DNA of 64,000 nucleotides, taken from assembly GCA_963809485.1 (NCBI GenBank), contig CAWEJX010000020.1, positions 32,001 through 96,000 of the forward strand, given 5' to 3'. The stretch is from an uncultured Acidobacteriota bacterium (GTDB taxonomy: Bacteria > Acidobacteriota > UBA6911). This document shows positions 1-11,330 of the stretch, piece by piece (positions within the stretch are counted from its first letter, which is position 1; every line of letters starts with the position of its first letter). The notes under the pieces were generated by a model, which saw nothing but the letters and a program-made list of their open reading frames with translations, ran no database searches and was not told where the DNA came from. Both the position numbers and the translations under genes were made by a program.

Positions 1-3000
1 GCTTTCCCTCCTGGTCTATCAACCGGGAGTGCTGATCAACGGCGGGAACGAAGCCATATCGACCGTGAACGGCACACGGCAGGCAATGAATTCCATCGCG
101 ATGGACGGCCTTTCGGTTACCGACCCGGTCGAGCCGAAGCTGGGATTTTCCATGCTGCCGATGAGCACGGATTCCCTTTCGGGCATCCAGGTTGTCACGA
201 CGGGAGCCAGGGCTGAATACGGCCGGTCGGGAGGCGCGCAGTTTATGATGGTTTCGCGCACTGGCTCGAAAAAATGGTCCGGAAACCTTTATGACTACCT
301 CCGGAGCAGGCGTCTGAATGCCAATGACTTCTTCAACAATTCATTCGATCTGCCGCGCCCCGGGCTCTCCCGGAATATCTACGGCGGCACCCTGTCGGGG
401 CACATTGGGGAAAAGACGCTGGTTTTCGGCAATTTCGAAGGCAACCGCACCGACCAGCAGGTGATCAGCAATCGGCAGATCCTGACCGACGAGGCCAGGT
501 CGGGCATATTCCGGTGGTACGAACCCGGAGACACTACCCGGGATGAAACCACGCTGCGCTCCTACGATATCGCCCAAAATGATCCCCGGGGGCTCGGGAT
601 CGATCCCACGGTAGCGGCGACTCTCGCCAGGCTTCCGGATCCGCTATATGACAACGAGTTCAACGACGAGTTCGGCGATGTCCTGAATACGCGCGGATAC
701 CGATTCGACAATCCGGTTACCAAAAGAGGAAAACGCGTAGCGGCGCGTGTCGACTACAACCGCAGCAAGGACCACCGGCTCTTCTTCCGGGTGAACTGGG
801 ACAATATCAAGGCTACGGACGTGATGAACGGGGCCGAAGCCCCTTATCTCGGAGAGCCCGAAGGGATATTCCGTCAGAATAACTGGGGATTCGCAGTCGG
901 CTCGGACTGGACCCTGAATCCGCAAATGGTCAATGAATTGCGCGTCGGCTACCTCCGGCCCGAAGTTAAGCTCGATCGGGCCGCCCGGTCCACCGATCCC
1001 ATGTTTCTGGCCAACTCCTGGACGAATCCGCTGGATCCGTCTTTCCCCCGCTCCTACAAATCGCCGGCATTGGAGATCACGGATAACCTCAGCCGCGGGA
1101 TGGGACGGCACGCCCTGAAAGTCGGAGCGACTTACCGGAGGACCGTCCAGAGCTTTACCGACTATAACGGCGTCTATCCCAACGTGACCATGGGAATCAA
1201 CCACGGCAACGCTCCGGATGAATCCATCGGCCCGGCGGGACGATCGGAGATTTCCATCGACGACCGCGAGACGTTCGAGTTGCTTTACAACGACATCCTC
1301 GGCAGAATGGAAAGCGTCTCCCGGACATTCGACTCGAGCCTGACATCCGTCTCGCCTGCCGGCACCCCGAGAGAGCGCGATTATGGGTTCAATGAATTCG
1401 CCGCCTATATTCAGGACGATTGGAAAGTCAAACCGAACCTGACCGTCAGCCTGGGCTTGCGCTATGAGCTGAACGCCGTGCCCAAAGAGACGAACGACCT
1501 GCAGGCGGTGCTGGACAAGGCCGGGCAGATCAGCAATTCGGCCAGCATATCGGACTTCAGCGTGGTTTCCGGCAACAACTGGTATTCCAGGAACACGAGC
1601 GACTTCGCGCCCCGCATCGGCTTTGCCTGGGATGTTTACAGCACCGGGAAAACCATTATCCGCGGGTCCTACGGGGTGTATTACGACCGCCTCATCGGAG
1701 CGCTGACGAATTTTGTGGACCAGTACAGCTACGGATTTTCCCAATCGCCCGCGCTATACCCGAATTCCGGCGGGACAGACATCCGCTTGAACGATGGCGT
1801 CCCCGCCATCCCTCAGCCCGCTCCGGCCAATCTGACGCCGCCTGCCACACGGTCCGCCAACATGGCCATCTTCGACGCGACCGTGAGTACGCCCCGCATC
1901 CAGCAGTACAATCTCACCCTCGAAAAAAACTTCTGGGGCGCGATCTGGGAAATGGGGTATGTGGGCTCGCAGGGGAAAAAGCTTTTTCAGCACCTCAATC
2001 TGAATCAGACCAAAACCGACGGCGACTTCCTTTCGGCCTTCAAGGAAATCCAGGCGTATCGCGAATCGGGCACGCCCGTTTCGGAGAACAACACCCTGGT
2101 TCACATATTCGGATCGCCTCTGGCCGCCACCGTCGCGCTGGGCGGGAAAAACGTGAGCACGGGACAGGCGGGAGCGGGCGCCGACAGCATGGACCGGACT
2201 TACTTCGGTTCGTATGTGGCTGCGGGAGTGTCCGACTACTATATCAGGAACTTCCCCCAGTTCGACAAACTCATTGTCGGATCGAGCGCAGGCACTTCAT
2301 CCTATAACGCTCTGCAGCTGGGGATGCGGTCCAGCGGCAAATCCCATCAATTGCGCCTGAATTACACGATAGGCAAGGCGCGCGACACTCTCTCCTCCGA
2401 CGGTGCGAAATATGTAAGCACGCCCAACAGTCTCGACGTCAATTACGGCAAAACCCCCAGCGATTTCGACCGGAAGCACGTCTTCAACGCAGCCTTCTAT
2501 TACAAGTTTCCTTTGGTCCGCACGCCCGATTCCGACATGCCCGGCTGGCTAAGCGCCCTGTTTGCGGACTGGAATATCAGCGCTCATTACATCCGGCAGT
2601 CGGGACCGAGGTTCAGCGTCACCACAGATCGCGAAACGGTTTACGGGGGGGTGAAAAGCCTGGCGGATTTCAGGGACCTCGAGACGAACCAGGATCCCTC
2701 CTCTGTGGGCGATGTCATCAGCACAAGAGATGGTGTGTTCTGGTTCAACGACGATGAAAGAGCGATGTTCACTTTCCCCGTGGCGGGCGAAAACGGGACT
2801 TCGGGCCGGAATTCCTTCAAGGGACCGATGTACGTCAACCTGGACGTCGCGCTTTTCAAGAGTTTTCCGGTTCGCGAACGGAGCAGCATCCAGTTCCGCG
2901 TAGAGGGATACAACATATTCAACAGGACCCAATACGCCTTGCCGGATACCGACCTGTCGAGCGATACCTTCGGGAAAATCACGTCGACGGTGGGCACTCC

Positions 3001-3037
3001 GCGCTCGCTGCAGGTAGCCTTGCGCTTTCAATTCTAA
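1..3037 (+). CDS. TonB-dependent outer-membrane receptor (Oar/Acidobacteria type), 5'-truncated by the window edge
   Basis: ORF of over 1000 aa with plug-like 'AEYGRSGG', 'YIQDDWKV..NLT..LGLRYE', 'FAPRIGFAWD' and a C-terminal 'PRSLQVALRFQF' ending in Phe. Confidence 0.9.
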   Translation, partial: LSLLVYQPGVLINGGNEAISTVNGTRQAMNSIAMDGLSVTDPVEPKLGFSMLPMSTDSLSGIQVVTTGARAEYGRSGGAQFMMVSRTGSKKWSGNLYDYLRSRRLNANDFFNNSFDLPRPGLSRNIYGGTLSGHIGEKTLVFGNFEGNRTDQQVISNRQILTDEARSGIFRWYEPGDTTRDETTLRSYDIAQNDPRGLGIDPTVAATLARLPDPLYDNEFNDEFGDVLNTRGYRFDNPVTKRGKRVAARVDYNRSKDHRLFFRVNWDNIKATDVMNGAEAPYLGEPEGIFRQNNWGFAVGSDWTLNPQMVNELRVGYLRPEVKLDRAARSTDPMFLANSWTNPLDPSFPRSYKSPALEITDNLSRGMGRHALKVGATYRRTVQSFTDYNGVYPNVTMGINHGNAPDESIGPAGRSEISIDDRETFELLYNDILGRMESVSRTFDSSLTSVSPAGTPRERDYGFNEFAAYIQDDWKVKPNLTVSLGLRYELNAVPKETNDLQAVLDKAGQISNSASISDFSVVSGNNWYSRNTSDFAPRIGFAWDVYSTGKTIIRGSYGVYYDRLIGALTNFVDQYSYGFSQSPALYPNSGGTDIRLNDGVPAIPQPAPANLTPPATRSANMAIFDATVSTPRIQQYNLTLEKNFWGAIWEMGYVGSQGKKLFQHLNLNQTKTDGDFLSAFKEIQAYRESGTPVSENNTLVHIFGSPLAATVALGGKNVSTGQAGAGADSMDRTYFGSYVAAGVSDYYIRNFPQFDKLIVGSSAGTSSYNALQLGMRSSGKSHQLRLNYTIGKARDTLSSDGAKYVSTPNSLDVNYGKTPSDFDRKHVFNAAFYYKFPLVRTPDSDMPGWLSALFADWNISAHYIRQSGPRFSVTTDRETVYGGVKSLADFRDLETNQDPSSVGDVISTRDGVFWFNDDERAMFTFPVAGENGTSGRNSFKGPMYVNLDVALFKSFPVRERSSIQFRVEGYNIFNRTQYALPDTDLSSDTFGKITSTVGTPRSLQVALRFQF

Positions 3038-3059
3038 AAAGAGACGGGAGGATTGAAGT

Positions 3060-3680
3060 TTGACGACTCGGGGCCAGGCAGGCCATCCGAAGTGGATTCT
3101 TGCCTCCGCTTCCCCGCGACGCAGGGAAATCCTGCGCCGCCTGGGACTGAAGTTCCGGACCGCCCCCACCCATCTCCCGGAACCCGGCCGCATGAGGCGC
3201 GAGTCTCCGGCCGGCTACGCGGTGCGGGTCGCCTGCCTGAAAGCGGAAGAAGCTGCCGCAGGAAAGCGCAGCGGGCTGGTTCTCACCGCCGACACGATCG
3301 TGGTCCTGGGAAACAGCATCCTGGGAAAACCTTCAACGCGCGCGCAAGCACGCAGGATGCTCGAGCGTCTCAGCGGGCGCTGGCACGAGGTAATCTCCGG
3401 CATCTGCCTGCTGAACTGCGAATCCCGCCGCGCAAGCTCCGCCTTCAGCCGGTCGCGCGTCCATTTCCGCAAGCTTACGGCAGCCGAAATCGAGTGGTAC
3501 CTCAAAACCGGCGAATATCGGGACAAGGCCGGCGCTTACGGAATCCAGGGATACGCGTCGCTTTTTATCGACAACATCGAAGGCTGCTACTTCAACATCG
3601 TCGGATTCCCCGTCGCCACGTTCGAGAGGCTCTGCAGGAAAATGGGAATCGATTTAACGGCTCAGCTGATTAGTGGTTAG
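3060..3680 (+). CDS. maf: Maf-family nucleoside triphosphate pyrophosphatase
   Basis: ILASASPRRREIL, ADTIVV, LGKP, DKAGAYGIQG, NIVGFP motifs. Confidence 0.93.
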   Translation: MTTRGQAGHPKWILASASPRRREILRRLGLKFRTAPTHLPEPGRMRRESPAGYAVRVACLKAEEAAAGKRSGLVLTADTIVVLGNSILGKPSTRAQARRMLERLSGRWHEVISGICLLNCESRRASSAFSRSRVHFRKLTAAEIEWYLKTGEYRDKAGAYGIQGYASLFIDNIEGCYFNIVGFPVATFERLCRKMGIDLTAQLISG

Positions 3681-3695
3681 TGGTTAGATGGTTAG
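3671..3695. repeat. Short heptamer tandem repeat (TAGTGGT)n at the maf 3' end
   Basis: tagtggt-tagtggt-tagatggt-tag read directly. Confidence 0.6.
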
Positions 3696-3740
3696 AAAAT
3701 ACTATGGGCAGGAGAACCGGGGCCGAATTTCGAGTCAGAG

Positions 3741-4599
3741 TTAACCCCACCGCAGCTTTTCGCGCAGCAGCTTGAAAAAGCTGTTGCCGAAGGGCATCAC
3801 CAGTTTCAGAGTCGATTGCGCCCTGCGAATCCTGAGACAATCCTGCTGCTCGAGGGGCATGCCGACCTGCCCATCCACCGTCAGCATCACTTCCGTGCCG
3901 TGACGCAGGCAGATCTCCACCACGTGCCGGTCGGGAATCACAACCGGGCGGTTGGTCAGGGTATGCGGGCAAATCGGGGCGATGATAAAAGCCTCCAGGG
4001 TCGGGTAGAGGATCGGACCGCCCGCCGCCAGCGAGTAGGCCGTGGAACCGGTCGGGGTGGAAATGATCAGGCCATCGGCGCGGGTAAAAAGCACCGGCTG
4101 CGAGTTGACGCTGACCTCGAGTTCGATGATGCGGGCAAGGGCCCCTTTATTTATGACGGCATCATTGAGTGCCAGGTATTGCGCCTCAAGCTTTTTTCCC
4201 GCAGGACCTCCACATCCAGAAGCACACGTTCTTCCAGCCGGTACTTTCCCGAGAGCAGTCCTTCAAAAGCCGCATGCATCTCATCCAGTTTCACCTCGGT
4301 AAGAAATCCCAGAGAACCCAGGTTGATGCCGAGGATGGGAACTCCGCTCGCTCCGATGAGCCGGGCTGCGTAGAGCAGAGTGCCGTCGCCGCCGAAGACA
4401 CTCACAATCTCAACCTGTTTCGCCAGCTCCTCCGGCGGCACAGCCGAATGCCCGGCGGACACGGTTCCGCCGAGGCCTGGTCCAGGAAGACCTCGACCCC
4501 GCGGGACTGCAGCCAGGGGATTATGTCGCTGACAATGCCGCGAACGCGAGCATCCTGTTTTTTGAGAATGATTCCGATTTTTCGAATGGAGGGATTCAT
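3741..4599 (-). CDS. nadK: NAD+ kinase (split across frames, probably sequencing indels)
   Basis: MNPSIRKIGII start at 4599; FGGDGTLL and GINLGSLGFL in ORF 4151..4693; ADGLIISTPTGSTAYSLAAGGP in ORF 3741..4094. Confidence 0.9.
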
Positions 4600-5379
4600 G
4601 GCATGGATAATAGACCCTTTGCAAGCTGAAGATACAATAAAAATTCCTGGTTTCCCTCGGCTCCGGCCACGGGCGAGGGGATGCTGCCTGCAACCCGGAA
4701 TCCGGTTTGGCGGCAAATTCCTCGAAGCCTTTAAGCGCCCGGGGCGTTTGGCCGGATCCCGGACGATGCCCCCCTTCCCCACCTCACCCTTTCCGACTTC
4801 AAACTGGGGTTTAACCAGGACGATAACATCGATGGGCAGCCTCTTGTTCTCCTCGCTTGCAGACGCCCTTTTAAGCGCAAGGGAATCTCTCAACGCGGGC
4901 AAGATCTTGGTCACGGAAATAAAGGAAAGATCGATGCAGACGAACGAGATCTCGTCAGGCAGGTCCGCAGGCCTCAGGTTGCGGACGTTGAATTCGTCCC
5001 GGACGACGATGCGCGGATCCGACTGGAGCTTCCAGGCCAGCTGTCCTCTTCCCACGTCGAAGGCATAAACTCGCGAAGCGCCGTTCTGAAGCAGACAGTC
5101 GGTGAAGCCGCCCGTGGAAGCTCCCAGATCGGCACACACCCTTCCCGATGCGGATATCTGAAAGAATTCCAGCGCAGCCTGCAGCTTGGCGCCGGCCCGG
5201 CTGGCAAAAGGAATCTGGCGCAGGACGCGGATTTCCGCATCGGGATCCACCAGCTGGCCGGGCTTTTCTATCTTCTGTTCGTCGACCAGAATTTGCCCTG
5301 CCAGCAGCAAGGCCTGAGCCTTGTGGCGGCTTTCGGCGAGGCCTTTTTCCACCAGCAGTTGATCGATGCGTCGTTTCAT
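4596..5379 (-). CDS. tlyA: TlyA-family RNA methyltransferase/haemolysin (frameshifted near the C-terminus)
   Basis: S4-like N-terminus, DLGASTGGFTDCLLQNGA, LVKPQFEVG; true C-terminus QEFLLYL...* ends at 4596 and overlaps the nadK ATG. Confidence 0.9.
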
Positions 5380-5383
5380 CGGA

Positions 5384-6266
5384 TCAGGCGGTGCGGCTGA
5401 CTATAAATGTGCGAGGCTGCGAAGGACATCCGCCTTCTCGCCGAAATCCCGAATATCCTTCAGCGCCGACGCCACCAGTTCGTCTGCCTTTTGCCGCGAT
5501 GCTTCAATTCCATAAAGGGCCGGATAGGTGGCTTTTTTTACTTTTTCGTCCTTGCCGGCGGTCTTGCCCAGCACTTCGCTGCTGGAGGTGACATCCAGGA
5601 TGTCATCCACAATCTGAAAGACCAGTCCGATCTTCCGTCCGAATTCCGTCAGGGCATGCAATGCCGTTTCCCCGGCGCCCGCCGCCAAAGCACCGCAGCG
5701 GACGCATGCCTTCAACAGCGCCCCGGTCTTGGAGTCGTGGATATATTCCAGCAGTCCGGGGCTGATGGCTTTGCCTTCCGATTCCAGGTCGACCACCTGT
5801 CCGCCGATCATGCCGTTGACGGTTCCCGTCGCCGCGGCGATCTCGCGGATGATGCATATTCTGACGGCATCGGGCGTTTCCGGCAGATCCGCCAGCAGCT
5901 GATAGCATCGCGTCATCAGGGCATCGCCGGCCAGAATGGCCATCGCGTCGCCGAAAACCTTGTGGCAGGTCGGAACGCCGCGCCTCAGGTCGTCGTTGTC
6001 CAGCGCCGGCAGGTCGTCGTGGATCAGGGAATAGGTGTGCATCATTTCGATGCAGCGCCAAGCTGAAGAAGAACGTCGCGGTCTCCCGCCAGACTCTCGC
6101 CCGAAGCAAGCACCAGAATGGGCCGCACGCGCTTGCCCCCGGCAAAAACGGAGTAGCGCATGGCTTTGTGAATGGTCGGAGGGTCTTCGTCTTCCGGGGG
6201 AAGCAGCCTTTCCAGGCACTCATCCACCAGCTTTTTCGATTCCGATAGGTATAGTTGTATGTCCAT
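5384..6266 (-). CDS. ispA: Polyprenyl (farnesyl) diphosphate synthase (frameshifted)
   Basis: GGKRVRP in ORF 6042..6266; HTYSLIHDDLPALDNDDLRRG and FQIVDDILD in ORF 5401..6219. Confidence 0.92.
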
Positions 6267-6289
6267 GGCCTCGCTCAGAAACCGGAGGG

Positions 6290-6538
6290 TCAGGGTTCGT
6301 TTCCTTCGGCATCTTCCGAAAACGGCGTTTCTTTCAGAGCGCCGTCCGCTGTCTTGATGAGCACTTCCACTTTTCTCTCCGCCTCTTCCAGCTTCGAACT
6401 GCAGAAGCGGCTGACCTTGATGCCTTCCTCAAAAAGCTCCAGCGCGCGGTCGAGCGTCAGATCGCCGGCTTCGAGCTGAACCACGATATCCTCGAGCGAT
6501 TTCAGCGCCGATTCAAAATCCTTCACCTTCAATTCCAT
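6290..6538 (-). CDS. xseB: Exodeoxyribonuclease VII small subunit
   Basis: MELKVKDFESALKSLEDIVVQLEAGDLTLDRALELFEEG. Confidence 0.93.
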   Translation of the reverse strand: MELKVKDFESALKSLEDIVVQLEAGDLTLDRALELFEEGIKVSRFCSSKLEEAERKVEVLIKTADGALKETPFSEDAEGNEP

Positions 6539-6550
6539 CGTACCCCCCTC

Positions 6551-6720
6551 ACGAATTACGAATGACGAATTACGAATGACGAATTGGTAAAATCGAAAGT
6601 CATCGGCCAAGCCAAAGCCGCAAGCGCTGGGTTCCATCGGCGCTGCCCACAAAATAGTGAATTGGGAAAGCCAAAAACTGATGTTTTCATTCGTAATTCG
6701 TCACTCGTAATTCGTCATTC
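6551..6720. repeat. Inverted pair of heptamer tandem arrays (ACGAATT/G)x5 ... (C/AATTCGT)x4-5 between xseA and xseB
   Basis: 6551-6585 and 6688-6720 are reverse-complementary arrays about 100 bp apart. Confidence 0.85.
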
Positions 6721-8058
6721 AGTAATGTTTTCTACGCGGCAATCCAGTTCGCCTGAACCGAGAGTTACGCGCACTTTGTCGCCGCGCGAAACGTCGGCGG
6801 CGCTTTTGACGATTGCTCCCTTGGCATCGCGGCAGAGCGCGAATCCGCGCTTGAGAATGGCCAGCGGGCTGAGCGCATCAACTTTCCCGACAGCCACCTG
6901 GAACGGGAGCGCTCATGGCGCAGCCGGGCCCTGATGCCGGCAGATCAATCCCTGATACTTCCGCGCCAGAATATCCTTTTTATGCTGGATGATGCGACGC
7001 AGATCCAGCGTATTCAGGCGCGTGGAAAGCATGCGCTCCCGGTGCCGGATTTCATCCGCAGAACTGGCGCATCGCCTGCGCCATGCGCAGCGTGCCTTCG
7101 TCGAAACGCTGCTGCAGATCGCGGATCTTGTTGGGCGCTACCGTGAACGCCTTGTTGTGGGCCAGCCGCTCGAGATTCAGGCGGCGCCGCTCCATTCCCC
7201 GGCGCATCGCCTGGGAAAGGCGCCCTGTCAGGGAATTCACGCTCATGCGCAGATCTTCCCGCGCGCCCGAAACCATTTCCGCCGCCGCGGAAGGCGTGGG
7301 AGCCCTCAGGTCCGCCACAAAATCGGCAATCGTAAAATCCACTTCGTGCCCGACCGCCGAAATCAGCGGAAGCTCGGATTCATAGATCGCCCGCGCAACA
7401 ATTTCCTCGTTAAAAGCCCAGAGATCCTCAATCGAGCCTCCGCCGCGTCCGATGATGATGACGTCAATGTCGCGTGCGGCTGTTGAGATAGCGAATGCCG
7501 GCGGCAATTTCCTCGGCGGCACCCTGCCCCTGCACCTTGACCGGATACAGGAGCACATCCAGAGATGCGTTGCGCCGCTTGAGAATCCGCAGCATGTCCC
7601 GGATCGCGGCGCCTGTCGGAGACGTGACGATGCCCACCTTTCTGCGGCAAGCAGCGGCAGGGAACCTTGTGGGCTTCATCAAACAGGCCCTCCTTGCGCA
7701 GCTTCTCTTTCAGCTGATCGAACGCCAGCTGGAGCGAGCCCAATCCGACGGGCTCCATGTATTCCACGATGATCTGGTAATCGCCCCTGGGCTCATACAC
7801 GCTCAGCCGGCCGCGGACGACGACTTCCATCCCGTCCTCGGGGCGGAATTTCAGATACATGTTGTTGTTTTTGAAACATGCGGCCTTTATCTGAGCGCGC
7901 GAATCCTTAAGGGAAAAATACAGATGGCCCGAAGTGTGGCGCTTGAAATTCGAGATTTCTCCCTGAATCCAGACGATGCCGAGCTCATCAAGCGATCGCT
8001 TGATTTCCGATGTAATGTCGTAGACAGAATAGATTTTGCGCTGCGCGAAAAGATCCAC
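6715..8058 (-). CDS. xseA: Exodeoxyribonuclease VII large subunit (multiple frameshifts)
   Basis: [69 protein letters not shown] spread over consecutive frames. Confidence 0.92.
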
Positions 8059-8186
8059 GGCTCATGTTTATCATGAAGAAAGCGGATTCACAATCTTCAT
8101 GAACAGGGAAAGAGAATCGCGGTTCGCGGGTGGAGGAGCGATCACTATAATGCAGCATTATTTTTAATGAGGATGGCGCTCCAGAG

Positions 8187-8617
8187 ACTGTCTCAAAGTC
8201 AGGTACCTCCGGCAAAGCCGGAGGCAAGATTTGAACCGCCCAAAGCCGTTGGAGGAGTTACGCCGGTCTTGAACGCTGACTTACGCGGGCAAAAGCTGAT
8301 GAGGCGCTTCCGATCCCCGCAGGGGCCAGCGCTCCGCGCTGGACAGTTTTCTGCGGCGGCACTGCGGCAAACGCCCGATTTCTCATACCCTTCATCTCCT
8401 TGCCTCACGGCGCTTGCCACAGTGCCGCCGCAGAAAACTCCATCGGAAGCACCTCATCGGCTTTTGCTCGCCGACCCTCGCCGAACAAATCGGCGTTTGT
8501 CAGCGCTTTTGTCAGCGTATCTCAGCGTTTCAAAATACGGAGTTGTCAATCTCTTTGAGTCCTCCGGCAAAGCCGGAGGTTTACCAATGGAATTGGTGGC
8601 GAGGATTTCGAGACAGT
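8187..8617. mobile_element. Non-autonomous IS200/IS605-like element (two subterminal hairpins, no transposase) inside an 11-bp imperfect inverted repeat
   Basis: CCTCCGGCAAAGCCGGAGG at 8206-8224 and 8561-8579; flanks ACTGTCTCAAA (8187) and TTCGAGACAGT (ending 8617). Confidence 0.6.
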
Positions 8618-8661
8618 GTATAGGAATCACCGCCAGGCCAATTCGGAGCCGCGAACACAGT

Positions 8662-9297
8662 TCAGCCCTGGTACAGGAACCGTCCCGAGTCCGGGCTGCG
8701 AAGCCAGGAAGCCAGAGAATGGCCGTTCCGGTCTTTTTCCGTCATCAGGGGGCTTCCGGAGGCGATTGCGTCGAATTCCTTTTTTAGCGTGGGTTCAAAA
8801 AGAGACCAGTCCATGTCGCCGGCAAGCGGCGAGATTCCCGCCTCACAGCCGGGACTGTATTCCCCGGAGCAGAAGTACTCGATATGGGCTCGCCTGCAGG
8901 AAATAGTTCCCGTGCGCGAAGCCCGGCGGAACCCAGATCCATTCTGCATAATCGGATTCTGCGTCCGCCGGCATATCGTGCGCAATGATCTTGCCGAAGC
9001 TTGGGGAGCCTTTCCGTATGTCCAGAACCATATCCGTCATGCGGCCGCTCAGTGTTCTCACCAGCTTGCCCATATACGGATTCCACTGAAAATGCAGCCC
9101 GCGAACAGTCCCCGGCTTTGACCAGCTTTCATTGCACTGGCGAAATTCCACGCCCTTCATGAAATCCAACTGCGGAAGCTCGGAAAAATCGCTTTTCCTG
9201 AAGTTTCCGCAAAAAATCCGCGATCATCCGCGAACCTCGCGAAGCGAATGACTTTGATGTCCGGGATCGCCAGGCCGGTGACCGACAGGATCTTCAT
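8662..9297 (-). CDS. rfbC: dTDP-4-dehydrorhamnose 3,5-epimerase (frameshifted)
   Basis: MKILSVTGLAIPDIKVIRF.RFADDRGFF start; NESWSKPGTVRGLHFQ, DIRKGSPSFG, WVPPGFAHG motifs. Confidence 0.88.
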
Positions 9298-9554
9298 CCA
9301 TTCCCTCCCTGCAAGTTCGTAAAGCTTTGAAAGCCGGCATCATATCAGAAATCCGGGGAATTCCGTGCCCGGAAATCGGGGAAGCAGGCCATTACAATTA
9401 AATACAATTAAGGACATTCTGATGACAACCCCTGTATTTTCTTTATCTATACTGCGCCGGCTTATTCAGGGAGAAGTTATGCATCTATTTGAGCCTGCGG
9501 CCTCGGCCTACGAGAAATTCCTCAGGACCGGGCAATATTTCATATCTGTATCAG

Positions 9555-11087
9555 ATGGATACTTTCGATACGGTGATCGTGACCGCCTACTTTGCGATTC
9601 TGGCAATTCTGAGTTTTTACGGCCTCCATCGCTACATCATGGTCTTCTCTGTACCTCAAAAATCATAAAAAGGCCGCGGAGCCGCAAATCCCGGTTTGAA
9701 GAACTGCCCCGGGTTACCGTCCAGCTTCCCTGCCTACAACGAAATGTATGTCATGGAGCGCATTATCGATGCCGTCTGCTCCTTCGATTATCCGGCGGAC
9801 CGCCTGGACATCCAGGTGCTGGATGATTCCACGGACGAGACCCAGCGAATCGCCCGCGACGCCGTTGAACGGTGGAGCAATCTCGGCGTCGATATTCATT
9901 ACATCCACCGGGACGACCGAACAGGCTTCAAGGCCGGCGCGCTGGAAAACGGCCTGCGCACGGCAAAAGGCGAATTCGTTGCGGTTTTTGACGCCGATTT
10001 TGTGCCGGAACCGGATTTCCTTCAGAAATCCATCCACCATTTCACCGATCCGAAAGTGGGAATGGTCCAGGGGCGGTGGGAGCACCTGAATCGCGAATAT
10101 TCGTTTCTGACCCGGACCCAGGCCATTTTTCTCGACGGCCATTTCATGCTCGAAAGTTACACCCGCTTTTTGAGCGGCCGCTTTTTCAATTTCAACGGGA
10201 CTGCCGGAATTCTGCGCAGGAAAACCATCGAGGATGCCGGAGGGTGGGAACACGACACGCTGACCGAAGATCTGGACCTGAGCTATCGCGCCCAGATGAA
10301 GGGCTGGAAGTTCATCTTCCTGCCGGACCTGACGGTTCCAGCCGAACTCCCGGTGGAAATCAATTCGTTTAAAACCCAGCAGTGCCGCTGGGCAAAGGGC
10401 GCCATGCAGACCTGCAAGAAAGTGCTCCTGAAGGTACTGAAAGGCGATTTTGCGCCGGCGAGAAACTCGAAGCCTGGTATCACCTGACCGGAAACATATC
10501 CTACCCGCTTATGGTGATTCTCTCACTGATACTGTTTCCCTGCTCTGATTGTCCGCTACAACCAGGGTTGGTTTGAACTCCTGGTCATCGACCTCCCGCT
10601 TTTCATTCTCTCCTTCAGCAGCGTCTCGACGTTTTACATCGTATCCCAGAAGTCGCTACACAAAGACTGGCTCAGGCGCATCGCCTATCTCCCGGGATTG
10701 ATGGCCGTCGGAATAGGCATGACGATTCCCGGTTCCAAGGCTGTGCTGGAAGGCGCCCTGGGCTGGAAAACGCCCTTCGTCCGCACGCCCAAGTTTTCGG
10801 TGGAAGGAAACAAGGGAGAATGGATGAGCAAGAAATACCGATGCAACATCGGATTCCTGACCCTCGTGGAAATCGCGTTCGGCTTTTATTTCACGCTCGT
10901 CACAATCTACGCCTGGAGCCTCGGCATCTACGGCGTTATCCCGTTCCTGATGCTTTTCCAGTGGGGCTTTCTCTACACGGGTCTCTGGGCCCTGGCTCAA
11001 AGCCTCAAGCGTTCGGGATTCGGATATTCGCTCGCGCGGCTTCACACGACCATGCGCCCCTATCTCCGGATAACGAATTACCTGTAG
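9555..11087 (+). CDS. Membrane GT2 glycosyltransferase, cellulose-synthase-like (frameshifted)
   Basis: VLDDSTD, GFKAGAL, FDADF, TEDLDLSYR, QQCRWAKG (QxxRW) motifs; hydrophobic N- and C-terminal parts in neighbouring frames. Confidence 0.88.
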
Positions 11088-11160
11088 AACCTTCAGTCCG
11101 GCTTCCTTGTGCTTCGGTTGAAGAAAGATCGGCCGGTTCTGGAGGTCGCCTCAAATTTTA

Positions 11161-11200
11161 ACGCTGACGAACGCCGATAAGCGCTGACTTACGCTGAAAA
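11161..11200 (-). repeat. Dispersed intergenic tandem repeat of ~10-nt (T)CAGCGT/CGGCGT units
   Basis: acgctgacgaacgccgataagcgctgacttacgctga; related copies at ~8490, 14295, 26586, 28231 and 31961. Confidence 0.7.
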
Positions 11201-11330
11201 ATTTTAAATAAATATTGTTTTCTCAGCATTGAGTGCTGATCGGGTGAGGACGGCTCTCCAGAGATATTCTCAAAACTGCAGGCGAAGATCTCATGACAGT
11301 GGTTTTGAGACAGACGATGGAGAGCCGTCC

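Noticed and set aside
4402-5379. TlyA-NAD kinase fusion ORF
   Set aside because: Artefact of an indel; tlyA's own C-terminus and stop exist in another frame at 4596.
3741-11087. Apparent mass pseudogenisation or programmed frameshifting of nadK, tlyA, ispA, xseA, rfbC and the GT2 gene
   Set aside because: Core genes are broken by frameshifts while their motifs stay intact, which is the pattern of uncorrected long-read indels.
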